Positions 16,290-26,689 of a stretch of 32,725 bases of DNA are shown here, piece after piece. Source of the stretch: an uncultured Spongiivirga sp. GTDB lineage: Bacteria > Bacteroidota > Bacteroidia > Flavobacteriales > Flavobacteriaceae. The stretch lies in the NCBI GenBank assembly GCA_963922975.1, contig CAWUKP010000001.1:1-32725 (forward strand), written 5' to 3'. How positions within the stretch are numbered: position 1 is the first letter of the stretch; the number at the start of each line of letters is the position of its first letter. The position numbers were made by a program, and so were the translations under genes. The notes beneath the pieces are model-generated. The model was given only the letters and a program-made list of their open reading frames with translations. It made no database searches and was not told the origin of the DNA.

Positions 16290-19200
16290 ATGACCAATCG
16301 ACAAAAAAAAGTAAATAAAGAGTTTAAGCTCTCTTCCTGGGCCATCAACAATAAGACAACTATGTATGTCTTGATTGCTGTGATATTGTTCTTGGGGGCG
16401 TCTGCTTATTTCAGCATGCCTCGAGAGAACTTCCCCGAGATTGAAGAGACCAAGATCTATATCAGTTCTGTATTCCCCGGAAATACGGCTGAAGATATTG
16501 AGAAGTTAATCACCGATCCTCTTGAGGATAAACTCAAGAACGTTAGTAACGTGGTCGAAATTACGTCTACCTCACAAGAAGACTACTCTATCATTATTGT
16601 TGAGTTTGATGAAGACCTTTCAGTAGAAGATGCCAAGCAAAAGGTAAAAGACGAAGTAGATTCTGAGACCGCAGGCGAAGATTGGCCCACCTTTAATGGT
16701 GCAAAAGTAGAGCCTAATGTGTTTAGTTTGAGTATGTCTGAAGAGATTCCGATCTTGAATATCAACATATCAGGCGACTACCCTGTTGACAAACTCAAGG
16801 AGTACGGAGAGTACCTGGAAGAAGAAATTGAGGACCTCGCCGAGATCAAGCAGGTTGATATTCGTGGAGCACAGGAAAAGGAAGTAGAAGTTGCTGTTGA
16901 CATTTACAAGATGATGGCGGCTAAAGTCACGTTCGATGACGTTATTGGTACGATCAGTCGTGAGAATACAACTATTTCCGCAGGGAATCTAATTTCGAGT
17001 GGGCAGCGTAGAACGATTCGGGTTCTGGGAGAAATTGAAGATCCTTCAGAACTGGAATCTTTTGTTGTAAAATCAGAGAATAACAGTCCGATTTACTTAA
17101 GAGATATTGCGGACATCTCGTTTGACGAAGAAGACAAGACCACCTACGCTCGCGAATTTGGCCATGCGGTAGTCATGTTGGATGTGAAGAAACGCGCGGG
17201 AAAGAATATGGTGGCCGCTGCCGAGCAGATTCAAGTAATTGTTGACGATGCGATCGAAAACGCTTTTCCTCAAGATTTAAAAGTGACCATCTCGAACGAC
17301 CAATCGTCTAAAACCATTGGACAAGTAGATGATCTGGTTAACAATATCATCTTCGGGATTTTACTTGTGGTTACGGTCTTGATGTTCTTCCTCGGCTTTA
17401 GAAACGCATTGTTTGTAGGGTTCGCTATCCCTATGTCGATGTTCATGTCGCTGATGATCCTCAACCTGATGGGCTATACCATGAATACCATGATTCTCTT
17501 CGGATTGATCATGGGGCTCGGAATGCTGGTAGATAACGGTATTGTTGTGGTTGAAAATGTATATCGCCTGATGGATGAAGAAGGCATGAGTCGTGTTGAA
17601 GCTGCCAAGAAAGGAATTGGCGAAATTGCCTTCCCAATCATTATTTCTACCCTAACCACTGTGGCAGCCTTTGTCCCGCTCGGTCTATGGCCTGGTGTGA
17701 TGGGGCAGTTTATGATTTATTTCCCGGTAACACTATCCGTAGTTCTCGGCTCGTCTTTATTTGTGGCTATTTTCTTCAACTCAGTGATGGTATCGCAATT
17801 CATGAAAACAGAAGACAGCGAAATGCCTTTAAAACGCATCGTCATGATCACTGTGATTCTCGGTGTCCTTGGTGGTTTGATCTTGTTGGTTGGCGGAGAA
17901 TATCGCGCTTTAGGAAGCCTGATGATTTTCACCGGGATTCTTCTGTGGATCTATCGTCTTTTCCTTAGGAAAGGCGCCAATTATTTCCAAACGAAGATTC
18001 TAACCAGATGGGAACGCTGGTATGAAGCTACCTTACGCGGTGCCTTAAAAGGTTGGAGACCGTATGCCATCAGTATTGGCACATTTGTACTCCTGTTCAT
18101 GGCCTTTGGGGGGTTTGGAGCCTCAGTTGGAAGTCAACGAACCAAAGTGGAATTCTTCCCAGACAATACCCCTAATCAAATCATTGTATACATCGAGTAT
18201 CCTCAGGGAACGGATATCCAAAAAACCAACGAGATCACTAAGGATATTGAAAAGCGCGTGTATGAGATCATCAATGGTTCAGAGTATCTTGATAATAAGT
18301 ATAACTTCTTGGTAGAAAGTGCAGTTTCGCAAGTGGGAGAAGGAGCTGGAAACCCTCAAACCGATGGTGGTTCGCAGGCCGAAATGCCACATCGCGGAAA
18401 AATCACGGCCACCATGCGCGAGTATAAATTCCGAAGAGGGGCAGACAGCAATGTACTTTTGAAAGAAGTGCAGGAATCCTTGAAGGACGTGTATCCAGGG
18501 GTCGCTATTTCCGTGGAAAAAGATGCGGTAGGCCCACCTGCTGGTTATCCTATCAATATCGAGCTAGAAGGGAATGACTATACCGAACTTATTGCCACTG
18601 CCGAACGTATGCGCGAGTACATCAATAGCAAAAATGTTGAGGGTATTGATGAATTGAAAATTGACGTCAACAAATCGAAGCCTTCCATGAAGGTAGTGGT
18701 TGATCGTAAAAAGGCTGGAGAATTAGGAGTGACTGCGGGCCAAGTAGGTACCCAATTACGTAACTCCATTTTTGGCGCCAAAGCAGGTATTTACAAAGAA
18801 GATGGCGAGGATTACGATATCTATGTGCGTTTTGACGAAGCCAATCGATACAACACAAGCGCTATCTTCAATCAGAACATCACTTTCAGAGATCCGTCCA
18901 ACGGACAGATTAAGGAAGTGCCTGTTTCGGCGGTAGCCAAACAGACCAACGCCTCTGGATTTAGTGCGATTAAACATAGGGACACCAAACGTGTGGTTAC
19001 CGTGTACTCAGCCTTGGCGCCAGGATTTACAGATGCAGGAGCTATTGTATCAAAAATCCAGAGTGAAATGAAGAATTTCACAGATTTGCCAGAGGATATC
19101 AAGGTAGATTATACAGGTCAGATCGAGGAACAGAACAAGCAGATGGCGTTTTTGATGGGCGCATTTTTTACAGGTCTGGGGTTGATCTTTTTCATTCTGA

Positions 19201-19802
19201 TTTTCCAATTCAACTCGGTATCGAAACCAGGCATCATCATGCTGGCCATTTTCTTGAGTTTGATTGGTGTGTTTGGAGGTCTGATCATCACAGGAGCACC
19301 TTTCGTGATCATGATGACTATGATGGGTATCATCTCTTTAGCGGGAATTGTGGTGAATAACGGAGTGGTCTTACTTGACTACACCCAATTACTCATCGAT
19401 CGAAAAAAAGTAGAATACGAACTAGAAGAAGATGAATTTTTGGATACTGAAGCACTTTATGAGGCCATTGTAAAAGGCGGGAAAGCGCGTTTGCGTCCGG
19501 TATTGCTAACGGCCATCACGACCATTCTGGGGCTTATCCCATTGGCCACGGGTTTGAACATCAACTTTTACACCTTGTTCAGTGAATTTGATGCCAACTT
19601 ATATTTTGGTGGTGATAATGTGATCTTTTGGGGGCCATTGGCTTGGACCGTGATCTACGGGTTGCTCATTGCTACCTTCCTAACATTGGTGGTCGTACCC
19701 ATCCTTTTCTTCCTAATCACCAAGTTTAAGATGTGGCTTCGCAAAAGAGCCACCAAACGCGATGTCGTTAAAGAACCCAAACTTGTAAAAGCAGCTGCAT
19801 AA
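16290..19802 (+). CDS. Efflux RND transporter permease subunit (AcrB/HAE family)
   Basis: 1170 aa with 12-TM and two large periplasmic loops. Typical motifs include VMLDVKKRAGKNMV, GLGMLVDNGIVVVENVYR and GIVVNNGVVLLDYT. Confidence 0.95.
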   Translation: MTNRQKKVNKEFKLSSWAINNKTTMYVLIAVILFLGASAYFSMPRENFPEIEETKIYISSVFPGNTAEDIEKLITDPLEDKLKNVSNVVEITSTSQEDYSIIIVEFDEDLSVEDAKQKVKDEVDSETAGEDWPTFNGAKVEPNVFSLSMSEEIPILNINISGDYPVDKLKEYGEYLEEEIEDLAEIKQVDIRGAQEKEVEVAVDIYKMMAAKVTFDDVIGTISRENTTISAGNLISSGQRRTIRVLGEIEDPSELESFVVKSENNSPIYLRDIADISFDEEDKTTYAREFGHAVVMLDVKKRAGKNMVAAAEQIQVIVDDAIENAFPQDLKVTISNDQSSKTIGQVDDLVNNIIFGILLVVTVLMFFLGFRNALFVGFAIPMSMFMSLMILNLMGYTMNTMILFGLIMGLGMLVDNGIVVVENVYRLMDEEGMSRVEAAKKGIGEIAFPIIISTLTTVAAFVPLGLWPGVMGQFMIYFPVTLSVVLGSSLFVAIFFNSVMVSQFMKTEDSEMPLKRIVMITVILGVLGGLILLVGGEYRALGSLMIFTGILLWIYRLFLRKGANYFQTKILTRWERWYEATLRGALKGWRPYAISIGTFVLLFMAFGGFGASVGSQRTKVEFFPDNTPNQIIVYIEYPQGTDIQKTNEITKDIEKRVYEIINGSEYLDNKYNFLVESAVSQVGEGAGNPQTDGGSQAEMPHRGKITATMREYKFRRGADSNVLLKEVQESLKDVYPGVAISVEKDAVGPPAGYPINIELEGNDYTELIATAERMREYINSKNVEGIDELKIDVNKSKPSMKVVVDRKKAGELGVTAGQVGTQLRNSIFGAKAGIYKEDGEDYDIYVRFDEANRYNTSAIFNQNITFRDPSNGQIKEVPVSAVAKQTNASGFSAIKHRDTKRVVTVYSALAPGFTDAGAIVSKIQSEMKNFTDLPEDIKVDYTGQIEEQNKQMAFLMGAFFTGLGLIFFILIFQFNSVSKPGIIMLAIFLSLIGVFGGLIITGAPFVIMMTMMGIISLAGIVVNNGVVLLDYTQLLIDRKKVEYELEEDEFLDTEALYEAIVKGGKARLRPVLLTAITTILGLIPLATGLNINFYTLFSEFDANLYFGGDNVIFWGPLAWTVIYGLLIATFLTLVVVPILFFLITKFKMWLRKRATKRDVVKEPKLVKAAA

Positions 19803-19804
19803 AA

Positions 19805-19830
19805 AAAGGGCGTTCATAAGAACGCCCTTT
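19805..19830. terminator. Bidirectional rho-independent terminator between the RND gene and the convergent MORN-repeat gene
   Basis: An 11-bp perfect stem AAAGGGCGTTC / GAACGCCCTTT with loop ATAA, an A-run upstream and T-rich sequence downstream. Confidence 0.75.
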
Positions 19831-19852
19831 CTGTTTTATATTCACATAGTGG

Positions 19853-20209
19853 CTATGGTCTTTGCCTCAATACAACAGGATCGGCTTCCTTCCACTCTAC
19901 CACTTTAGCAATCCCATTGTTGGTATAATCAACTTCGGTAAGCTTTCCTTCGTTCCAAAAGAACCACTTGCCTATTTTTTGGCCGTGCTCGTAATTAGCG
20001 ATAGCCGTTTTCTGACCTTTGTTGTTATACGCGATCCACTCTCCATGTAATTTGCCTTTCAAGTAAGTACCTGTTTGAGCAATTTCTCCATTGTCATGGA
20101 AATAGGTCGCTTGGATTGTCTTTCCTTCTTTCTTAAAAACTGGTTTTGGGGCTTGTGCAAATGTTGCTACTGAAACCAAGAACGCTAAAACCATTGCAAA
20201 CTTTTTCAT
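19853..20209 (-). CDS. Secreted MORN-variant repeat protein (the family often auto-annotated as YwqK-like)
   Basis: 118 aa with a signal peptide (MKKFAMVLAFLVSVATFAQA). It has repeated G-x-x-x-G-x-W units (GKLHGEWIAYNNKGQK, GQKIGKWFFWNEGK). Confidence 0.7.
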   Translation of the reverse strand: MKKFAMVLAFLVSVATFAQAPKPVFKKEGKTIQATYFHDNGEIAQTGTYLKGKLHGEWIAYNNKGQKTAIANYEHGQKIGKWFFWNEGKLTEVDYTNNGIAKVVEWKEADPVVLRQRP

Positions 20210-20242
20210 ATCTATTTCCTTTAGCGATTTACATTATACTTA

Positions 20243-20250
20243 CAAATGTA
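20243..20250 (-). promoter_or_regulatory. Bacteroidota -7 promoter box (minus strand TACATTTG) for the MORN-repeat gene
   Basis: The plus-strand CAAATGTA is an exact TAnnTTTG on the minus strand, 33 nt upstream of the ATG at 20209. Confidence 0.4.
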
Positions 20251-20361
20251 ACTTAAAATTTACTTTCAAACAACAATTGCATAACATTAAATTAACATTA
20301 AACATACATTTAACTGATTATCAAATGCTTATATATTTACAATGGATGACATTTCCTGAAT

Positions 20362-20387
20362 AAAAAAAGAGGTCCGAAGACCTCTTT
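20362..20387 (-). terminator. Rho-independent terminator downstream of susD
   Basis: Stem AGAGGTC / GACCTCT with loop CGAA. The plus-strand A7 run upstream becomes a U-tract after the hairpin on the minus-strand transcript. It lies 28 nt after the susD stop. Confidence 0.7.
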
Positions 20388-20414
20388 CTCTACTTTTATG
20401 AAATCATGAATGTT

Positions 20415-21734
20415 TTATTCGTTTTCCGTAAGTGGTGTTGGAAAAACATTGAATATTTGATCGCCAGCTCTGTCGATAGGTAGGCTATTTGATAGGCCAT
20501 ATCTTCTCAAATCGAACATACGATGATTCTCGCACCATAGGGAGTATCTTCGTTGATTTAGCATCTCAGTTGTCAAATCTGCCTCGGTCTGAGCTCCAGC
20601 ATAGTCAGGCAATCCAGCGGCATTTCTGATGACATTCAATGCGGTCTCCGCTTCTGGAAGATCGGAAGGAATATTCGCCTCAGCGTACACCAAAATCAAC
20701 TCTTCATTCCGAATGATATCAATCGATGACACGTTGGTATCATAAAGCTCTGTTTGATGCGTTCCGTTCAATCCGTCCTGAGAAGTAGGATTTGCCCGAA
20801 CCGATGCTTTGGAGGTCACCCGAGTGTCTCCAGCCTCTGCATCGCTGATCCAGCTGTCGTGCACAATGATTTGATCACCATTATTATCTGTAATCTTAAA
20901 CAAATCGTTGGTCGCATCACCACTTCCTAAGCTAAATACATGCTTAGGTCCAGTAGTCAAATCGCCATTGAGGTCAAAATAGGATTGATCCAAAGCCGTT
21001 AGGGCTCCTGCCTTATCACCATCGTAAAGTGCCGCAATGGCCGCCACCGCACGATTAAACTGAACAAAATCGCTAGCGGTATCAAAGCCGTCAAAGCCAG
21101 CAAGTGCAAAGGCAAATTCAGCACCTGGGGTGTTTAAATCACCTAGTGCATCGTCGAGGATGTTTCGTATTTCCGTTAAGGCTGGCCCAAATTCTAAAAT
21201 AGGACCTAAATTGTCTGGATCAGAAACATCAACTCTTGCTCGATTGTAGGATTTCAAAACTTCGATCAATGAATAGGCAATGACAGTTTTAGCAAAACCG
21301 CGATAGCCTGCTTTTTGTTCGTCTGTGACAGCATTGGTAAACTCCAGCGATTCCAGTAAAATATTGGCATTTTTAACAGCGCGATAGCTTCCTGCCCAGG
21401 GTGCTGTAGAATAGAACGAGTTATTGTCCAAACTAGCCCCATTAGCACCTAAAAGGTCGCCCGTATTTCTCGGATCGGCATCGAATAGATACAACTCTCT
21501 GGCCATGGTCCCCGAACCTGTGGTTCGTATCCCGTGTCCGTTTCGCATTGTGGCTTCGATACCCACTACTAAGTTATTTAACTGGTTTTGAGATGCATTG
21601 GTCAACACCCCTTCTAAACTAGGGCGATTGGGATCAATCTGTTCATCAAATGAGCAGGATGTACTACAAAGAGCAAGAAAGAGTACCCAAATCAATGGAT
21701 ATCTCATGAGTTTATGTTGAAATATGTTTTTCAT
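20415..21734 (-). CDS. SusD/RagB family nutrient-binding outer membrane lipoprotein
   Basis: 439 aa with a lipoprotein signal (LFLALCSTSCS). It has TPR-like helical content and a C-terminal RRYSLWCENHRMFDLRRYG motif typical of SusD-like proteins. It lies 10 nt downstream of susC. Confidence 0.9.
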   Translation of the reverse strand: MKNIFQHKLMRYPLIWVLFLALCSTSCSFDEQIDPNRPSLEGVLTNASQNQLNNLVVGIEATMRNGHGIRTTGSGTMARELYLFDADPRNTGDLLGANGASLDNNSFYSTAPWAGSYRAVKNANILLESLEFTNAVTDEQKAGYRGFAKTVIAYSLIEVLKSYNRARVDVSDPDNLGPILEFGPALTEIRNILDDALGDLNTPGAEFAFALAGFDGFDTASDFVQFNRAVAAIAALYDGDKAGALTALDQSYFDLNGDLTTGPKHVFSLGSGDATNDLFKITDNNGDQIIVHDSWISDAEAGDTRVTSKASVRANPTSQDGLNGTHQTELYDTNVSSIDIIRNEELILVYAEANIPSDLPEAETALNVIRNAAGLPDYAGAQTEADLTTEMLNQRRYSLWCENHRMFDLRRYGLSNSLPIDRAGDQIFNVFPTPLTENE

Positions 21735-21744
21735 TGCTTTTTAT

Positions 21745-24666
21745 TTAGAAGTTAATGTTTAGGTGGAAATAGTACTGCTTCGCACTTGGGAAAGGAGTCA
21801 CCTCTATTCCACTTGATAGCCCAGCGCCTCCGTTTACAGAAACTTCTGGGTCATAACTACTATAATCCGTGATGGTAAAGATATTCCGTCCGGAAAGGCC
21901 TAAACGCACACTCTCGATCGTGTCTCCCAACCAATCAAAGGCATCGTTGGGTAGGGTGTAATAAACAGCCGCTTCACGAAGTCTTAAATACCCCGCTGGC
22001 TCAATAAATCTCGTAGCCACAAAGCCAAGTCCCGCACGCTCTATCCCTTCAGGTGTATCTAAGTCTGGAGTGGTGCCTCCTAAATCTGTCAACAATTTCG
22101 AAAGGTTGAGGTTATTACCTCCTTCTTTCCAATGTAATAAGAAAGATACTTCCCAATTTTTATAAATGGTGAACTGGTTGGTGAAAGACATTTGAAAGTC
22201 GGGTTCTACGTCACCCACTTGCGTGGGTACCCCTCCAATATTTCCTACCAATTGGGTAACGGGCTGCCCTTCTTGGATAAAGAACGTTCCTAGTCCTAAC
22301 CCAAATCCAGCTCCAGGCTGAGGGAACGCAGGTACATCCAAACGTGTCACTTCAGAACGATTCAACCAGAACTGTATCCCAGTATTCCAATAAAAATTAT
22401 CACGATTGAAGGCATCAAATCGCAATGCAGCTTCTACCCCTTGGTTGGTAAGGTCTGCCAAATTAGTGGTTTGTGTACTGAAACCAGAAGAGGTTGGCAA
22501 GGTTCTACTTAAGATGAGATCATCTACTGTTCTATTGTAATAGGAGAACTCCAAATTGAACTTCTCTAAGAAGCGTGCATCAAAACCTACCTCGAATTCC
22601 TGAGAAGTTTCAGGCTCGATATTCGGGTCGCCTCGTAAAGGTGCAATGGTGGAACCACCGTTGCTGCCTATCGATACTTGATCTAAACTGGTGAAAGCCG
22701 AACCAAAAGCTGCCGAAGAACCTGTTTCTCCATAGGCGGCGCGCAATTTGAATTGGTTGATGCTTGCAGAATTCCAAAAGTCAAAATTGTGCAAGTTGAA
22801 GGCAGCAGAAGCTTTGGGGAATCCGTAAAACTTATTGGGATCACCATTCAGAGTAGATTTATCAATACGATACCCTACGGTAGCAATGATCTGATCTTTA
22901 TAATTCCCTTCTACCTGAGCGAAATATCCAAATTCCTTGACCGTTGATTTTGTTTGGGTTATTACTTGAGCGGAACCTTGACCTAAATTGGTTTGGCCAG
23001 GAATCAATTGCGTTGCTTGATTGTAAACAATATCTGCCTGTTGTTCCAAATAGGAAATACCTCCTTGAGTGGTCAACGCAAGCGCTCCATCCATGGCATC
23101 GTGATTCCAAATACCGATCAATTGGTAATTGTAATTGGTGAAGTTGTTCTTTCCTACGCCAATAAATCCGTTTTGGTTACCGCGCTGTGCTTGATGGATT
23201 TCTGGCACATATACGAAGGTTTCATTGGCTAGAAAATCAAGACCTCCGTTGAACACTAACCGCACCCGATTCTTTTCTGTGGTCAAAAAATTGGTGGTGA
23301 GTTTCATCCCCTGAATGAAACGATTATTGCGGTCTTCGTTGATAGCTAGATCTCGTACTAAGATTGGATTTCCAGAAGCATTGGGGTTGTCTGGGTAATT
23401 GCCATTCTCGTCAGGAAACAAATTAATCCACGGACGGGTAAATGCCAGGTTATAACCGTAACTGAGACCCCCTTCATTTTCATTTCCTGTAAAACTTCGC
23501 GAAGAACTACTTCTCACGTAGTTTGAAGAAACAGAGATATCAAAGGTGTTGGAAATACGGTGATCCAAATTGGCTCGTAAGGAGAAACGATTAAAGCCCG
23601 TTTTGTCGATAATCCCTTCTTCATCACGATAGGAAGTACCAACATAAAAGCGAGTTTTCTCTCCTCCTCCACTTGCGCTTAAACGTGTTTCAGTGATCAG
23701 ACCTTGTTCGCCATAAATGATGTCTTCATAATCAAACAATCCGCCATTGGCAATGGCGTTGTTGAAGAGTGGCACCTCGGAAGCACCAAACTGAGATTCC
23801 ACATTGGTAGCGTTCCAAGGGCGAAGACCCAACTTTTGGATAATGGTATTAAAACCCGTGTCTTGACTGAATCGAATACTCGTTTTTCCTGTCTTTCCTC
23901 TTTTTGTAGTGATAATGACTACCCCAGCGTTTGCACGCGTACCGTAAATGGCCGCAGCCGATGCTCCTTTCAGTACCTCAATGTTTTCGATGTCATTAGG
24001 GTCTAAATCAGCAATACGGTTTGAAGAGTTCTCCTCGTTACCACGATTGGCTCCCGACGCAAAGCGCAAACCCGAAGGAATTTCCGCATTATTGAGGTAT
24101 ACGCCATCTACAATAATAAGGGGTTGGTTGTTCCCATTAATGGAAGAAATACCGCGCAGACGCAGTGCAAAGCCTCCACCGGGTGCTCCTGAAGAAGAAG
24201 TGATATTTACCCCGGTTACTTTTCCATATAGGGCTCCGTCAACCGTTGATTGTGTGGTGACTCCAACAAGTTCTTCGGAGGAAACGGTGGCAACCGCATT
24301 GGCCAGATTACTTCGTTTGATCGAAGTTCCAAGACCGGTAACGACCACCTCATCGAGTTCTTCTGCTGATTCGTCTAGGGCAATGCTCAAGGTAGTACTG
24401 CTGGATACTTGAACCTCTTTGGTCTCAAAGCCAAGCGATGAGATTTCTAAGGTTGCAGGAAAACTGGAGATATCAATGGCAAAATTACCATCAAAATCTG
24501 CGGTGGTACCATTTGAAGTACCCTGTTCCACGATGGTTGCTCCTGGTATGGGTGTGCCATTGCTGGCGTCACTCACCCTTCCTGAAACGGTTTGCTGGGC
24601 AATCATCCCCAAAGGCAGCAATGCTACCAATAGGCAGAGAACCCATTTGGAAGTAAAGTTTTTCAT
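21745..24666 (-). CDS. SusC/RagA family TonB-linked outer membrane protein
   Basis: 973 aa with a signal peptide. The CarboxypepD_reg domain is VSGRVSDASNGTPIPGATIV...FDGNFAI. The plug contains LDEVVVTGLGTSIKRSN...IEVLKGASAAAIYGTRANAGVVIITTKRGK. A long barrel ends in the canonical ...YYFHLNINF. Confidence 0.95.
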   Translation of the reverse strand: MKNFTSKWVLCLLVALLPLGMIAQQTVSGRVSDASNGTPIPGATIVEQGTSNGTTADFDGNFAIDISSFPATLEISSLGFETKEVQVSSSTTLSIALDESAEELDEVVVTGLGTSIKRSNLANAVATVSSEELVGVTTQSTVDGALYGKVTGVNITSSSGAPGGGFALRLRGISSINGNNQPLIIVDGVYLNNAEIPSGLRFASGANRGNEENSSNRIADLDPNDIENIEVLKGASAAAIYGTRANAGVVIITTKRGKTGKTSIRFSQDTGFNTIIQKLGLRPWNATNVESQFGASEVPLFNNAIANGGLFDYEDIIYGEQGLITETRLSASGGGEKTRFYVGTSYRDEEGIIDKTGFNRFSLRANLDHRISNTFDISVSSNYVRSSSSRSFTGNENEGGLSYGYNLAFTRPWINLFPDENGNYPDNPNASGNPILVRDLAINEDRNNRFIQGMKLTTNFLTTEKNRVRLVFNGGLDFLANETFVYVPEIHQAQRGNQNGFIGVGKNNFTNYNYQLIGIWNHDAMDGALALTTQGGISYLEQQADIVYNQATQLIPGQTNLGQGSAQVITQTKSTVKEFGYFAQVEGNYKDQIIATVGYRIDKSTLNGDPNKFYGFPKASAAFNLHNFDFWNSASINQFKLRAAYGETGSSAAFGSAFTSLDQVSIGSNGGSTIAPLRGDPNIEPETSQEFEVGFDARFLEKFNLEFSYYNRTVDDLILSRTLPTSSGFSTQTTNLADLTNQGVEAALRFDAFNRDNFYWNTGIQFWLNRSEVTRLDVPAFPQPGAGFGLGLGTFFIQEGQPVTQLVGNIGGVPTQVGDVEPDFQMSFTNQFTIYKNWEVSFLLHWKEGGNNLNLSKLLTDLGGTTPDLDTPEGIERAGLGFVATRFIEPAGYLRLREAAVYYTLPNDAFDWLGDTIESVRLGLSGRNIFTITDYSSYDPEVSVNGGAGLSSGIEVTPFPSAKQYYFHLNINF

Positions 24667-24863
24667 ATGAATAGAGAGGTTTGGTTACGTATTGGTTCTA
24701 ACAAAAATGTAATTAATTGTCCAGTTTAACAAATATTTCACAACGATTGTCATAAATGTTTGAATTATAAAAGCACGAAAACGTTTTAGCTATTACTATA
24801 TTTTCATTTTCTGAACTATGAGATACTTCCAGATAAAAACAGTCTCGAATCGCCTGAACTTCT

Positions 24864-24871
24864 TAAATTTG
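24864..24871 (+). promoter_or_regulatory. Bacteroidota -7 promoter box, exact TAAATTTG, for aspS
   Basis: Exact TAnnTTTG 19 nt upstream of the ATG at 24891. Confidence 0.45.
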
Positions 24872-24890
24872 CCCCCTAAAGTTCCAGTGC

Positions 24891-26645
24891 ATGTATAGAA
24901 GTCACACCTGCGGCGAGCTGCGCGCAAGTCACATTTCCGAAATGGTTACCCTAGCGGGATGGGTTCAGAAAACAAGAGATAAAGGATTCATGATCTGGGT
25001 AGACCTCAGAGACCGCTACGGCATCACTCAATTGATCTTTGATGAAGAGCGCACCCCAAGTGAGATTATGGAAAAAGCGCGCGAATTAGGTCGTGAGTTC
25101 GTCATTCAGGTGAGCGGTGAAGTCATTGAACGCGAATCGAAAAACCCAAATATGACCACTGGTGAAGTGGAAATTTTGGTGAAAGACTTCCAAGTCCTAA
25201 ATGCTTCTCTAACGCCGCCTTTCACTATCGAAAATGCAACAGACGGCGGTGAGGATATCCGTATGAAGTACCGCTATTTAGATATTCGTAGAAATCCTGT
25301 GAAAGAGAGCCTGGTTTTCCGCCATCAAGTGGCCATGGAAGTGCGCAATTACCTTTCGAAGGAAGGTTTTATCGAAGTAGAAACTCCCTACCTTATCAAA
25401 TCTACCCCTGAAGGCGCTCGCGATTTTGTCGTGCCCTCTCGGATGAATGAAGGGCAGTTTTATGCCCTGCCGCAGTCGCCTCAAACATTCAAACAATTGC
25501 TCATGGTGGGTGGCATGGATAAGTACTTCCAAATTGTGAAATGTTTCCGCGATGAAGACCTACGTGCCGATCGGCAGCCGGAATTCACCCAGATCGACTG
25601 TGAAATGGCCTTTGTGGAACAAGAAGACATTCTTCAAACGTTTGAAGGTCTTACCAAATATCTTTTGAAATCGATTAAGGATGTGGACGTAGCTCGTTTT
25701 CCACGCATGACCTATGACGAAGCTATGCGTACCTATGGAAATGACAAGCCTGATATTCGCTTCGGAATGAAATTTGGCGAGTTGAATGCCGTCGCGCAAC
25801 ACAAAGATTTCAACGTCTTCAATCAAGCTGAATTGGTGGTGGGCATCGCTGTTCCTAATGGCAATAGTTTCACTAGAAAAGAAATCGATAAATTGATCGA
25901 TTGGGTAAAACGCCCGCAAATTGGTGCCAAAGGAATGGTGTACGTTCGCTGTAACGAAGATGGCAGCTACAAATCATCTGTGGATAAATTCTATGATCAA
26001 GAAGACTTAACCAATTGGGCCAAAGCTACCAATGCCCAAGCGGGTGATTTGATCCTTGTTCTTTCTGGAAATACAGGGGAAACACGCGCACAACTTAGTG
26101 CGTTGCGAATGGAATTGGCTGAGCGCTTAGGTTTGCGAAATCCTGAGGAATTCGCACCATTGTGGGTCATCGACTTCCCGTTGTTGGAATGGGACGAAGA
26201 TACCAACCGTTATCACGCCATGCATCACCCCTTTACCGCACCAAAACCTGAGCAATTAGGACAACTGGAGTCTAACCCAGGGGAAATCAAGGCTAACGCA
26301 TACGATCTTGTTTTGAACGGTAACGAAATTGGGGGTGGTTCTATTCGTATTCACGATAAAGGAATACAAGCGCGTATGTTCGACTTACTAGGTTTTACTC
26401 CAGAAGAAGCCAAGGCGCAGTTCGGATTTTTGATGGACGCCTTCCAATATGGCGCACCGCCTCACGGTGGTATTGCCTTCGGCTTTGATCGTTTGGTGGC
26501 TATTTTGGGAGGACAAGAGACCATTCGAGATTTTATCGCTTTCCCCAAGAATAACAGTGGCCGAGACGTCATGATCGACGCGCCCGCCGTCATCGACGAT
26601 GAGCAATTGAAAGAACTACATCTAAAGCTAGATCTCGAAGCATAA
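24891..26645 (+). CDS. aspS: Aspartate--tRNA ligase
   Basis: 584 aa. It starts [11 protein letters not shown] and has an OB-fold N-terminus. The class II motifs are [27 protein letters not shown] and GGGSIRIHD...[13 protein letters not shown]. Confidence 0.97.
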   Translation: MYRSHTCGELRASHISEMVTLAGWVQKTRDKGFMIWVDLRDRYGITQLIFDEERTPSEIMEKARELGREFVIQVSGEVIERESKNPNMTTGEVEILVKDFQVLNASLTPPFTIENATDGGEDIRMKYRYLDIRRNPVKESLVFRHQVAMEVRNYLSKEGFIEVETPYLIKSTPEGARDFVVPSRMNEGQFYALPQSPQTFKQLLMVGGMDKYFQIVKCFRDEDLRADRQPEFTQIDCEMAFVEQEDILQTFEGLTKYLLKSIKDVDVARFPRMTYDEAMRTYGNDKPDIRFGMKFGELNAVAQHKDFNVFNQAELVVGIAVPNGNSFTRKEIDKLIDWVKRPQIGAKGMVYVRCNEDGSYKSSVDKFYDQEDLTNWAKATNAQAGDLILVLSGNTGETRAQLSALRMELAERLGLRNPEEFAPLWVIDFPLLEWDEDTNRYHAMHHPFTAPKPEQLGQLESNPGEIKANAYDLVLNGNEIGGGSIRIHDKGIQARMFDLLGFTPEEAKAQFGFLMDAFQYGAPPHGGIAFGFDRLVAILGGQETIRDFIAFPKNNSGRDVMIDAPAVIDDEQLKELHLKLDLEA

Positions 26646-26655
26646 AAAAATAATC

Positions 26656-26679
26656 ATCCCGCTTAAGGCGGGATTTTTT
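26656..26679 (+). terminator. Rho-independent terminator after aspS
   Basis: Stem ATCCCGC / GCGGGAT with loop TTAAG, followed by T6. It ends only 10 nt before the CLC start codon. Confidence 0.75.
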
Positions 26680-26689
26680 AATTTTAGAG

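Noticed and set aside
19853-20209. Possible toxin-antitoxin module, since MORN-variant proteins are often auto-annotated as YwqK-family antitoxins
   Set aside because: The protein has a cleavable signal peptide and stands alone between two terminators. No toxin-like partner gene is adjacent, so a TA system is not supported.
23948-24412. 154-aa ORF, and several 60-100-aa ORFs, overlapping susC in other frames, mostly antisense
   Set aside because: They sit within a 973-aa gene that has clear plug and barrel motifs. They show no start context, promoter box or recognisable domain.
24667-24890. Small ORFs (for example a 26-codon ORF beginning ATGAGATAC) and possible sRNA in the susC/aspS spacer
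   Set aside because: The ORF runs into the aspS start, and the exact -7 box of aspS lies inside it rather than upstream of it. I saw no terminator or conserved-looking structure, so the spacer is best read as two divergent promoters.
26646-26689. Possible fluoride or other riboswitch upstream of the CLC gene
   Set aside because: Only 44 nt are available and most are taken by the aspS terminator hairpin, so there is no room for a crcB-type fold. The only other element is a near-consensus box, TAATTTTA (26679-26686), 3 nt before the ATG.
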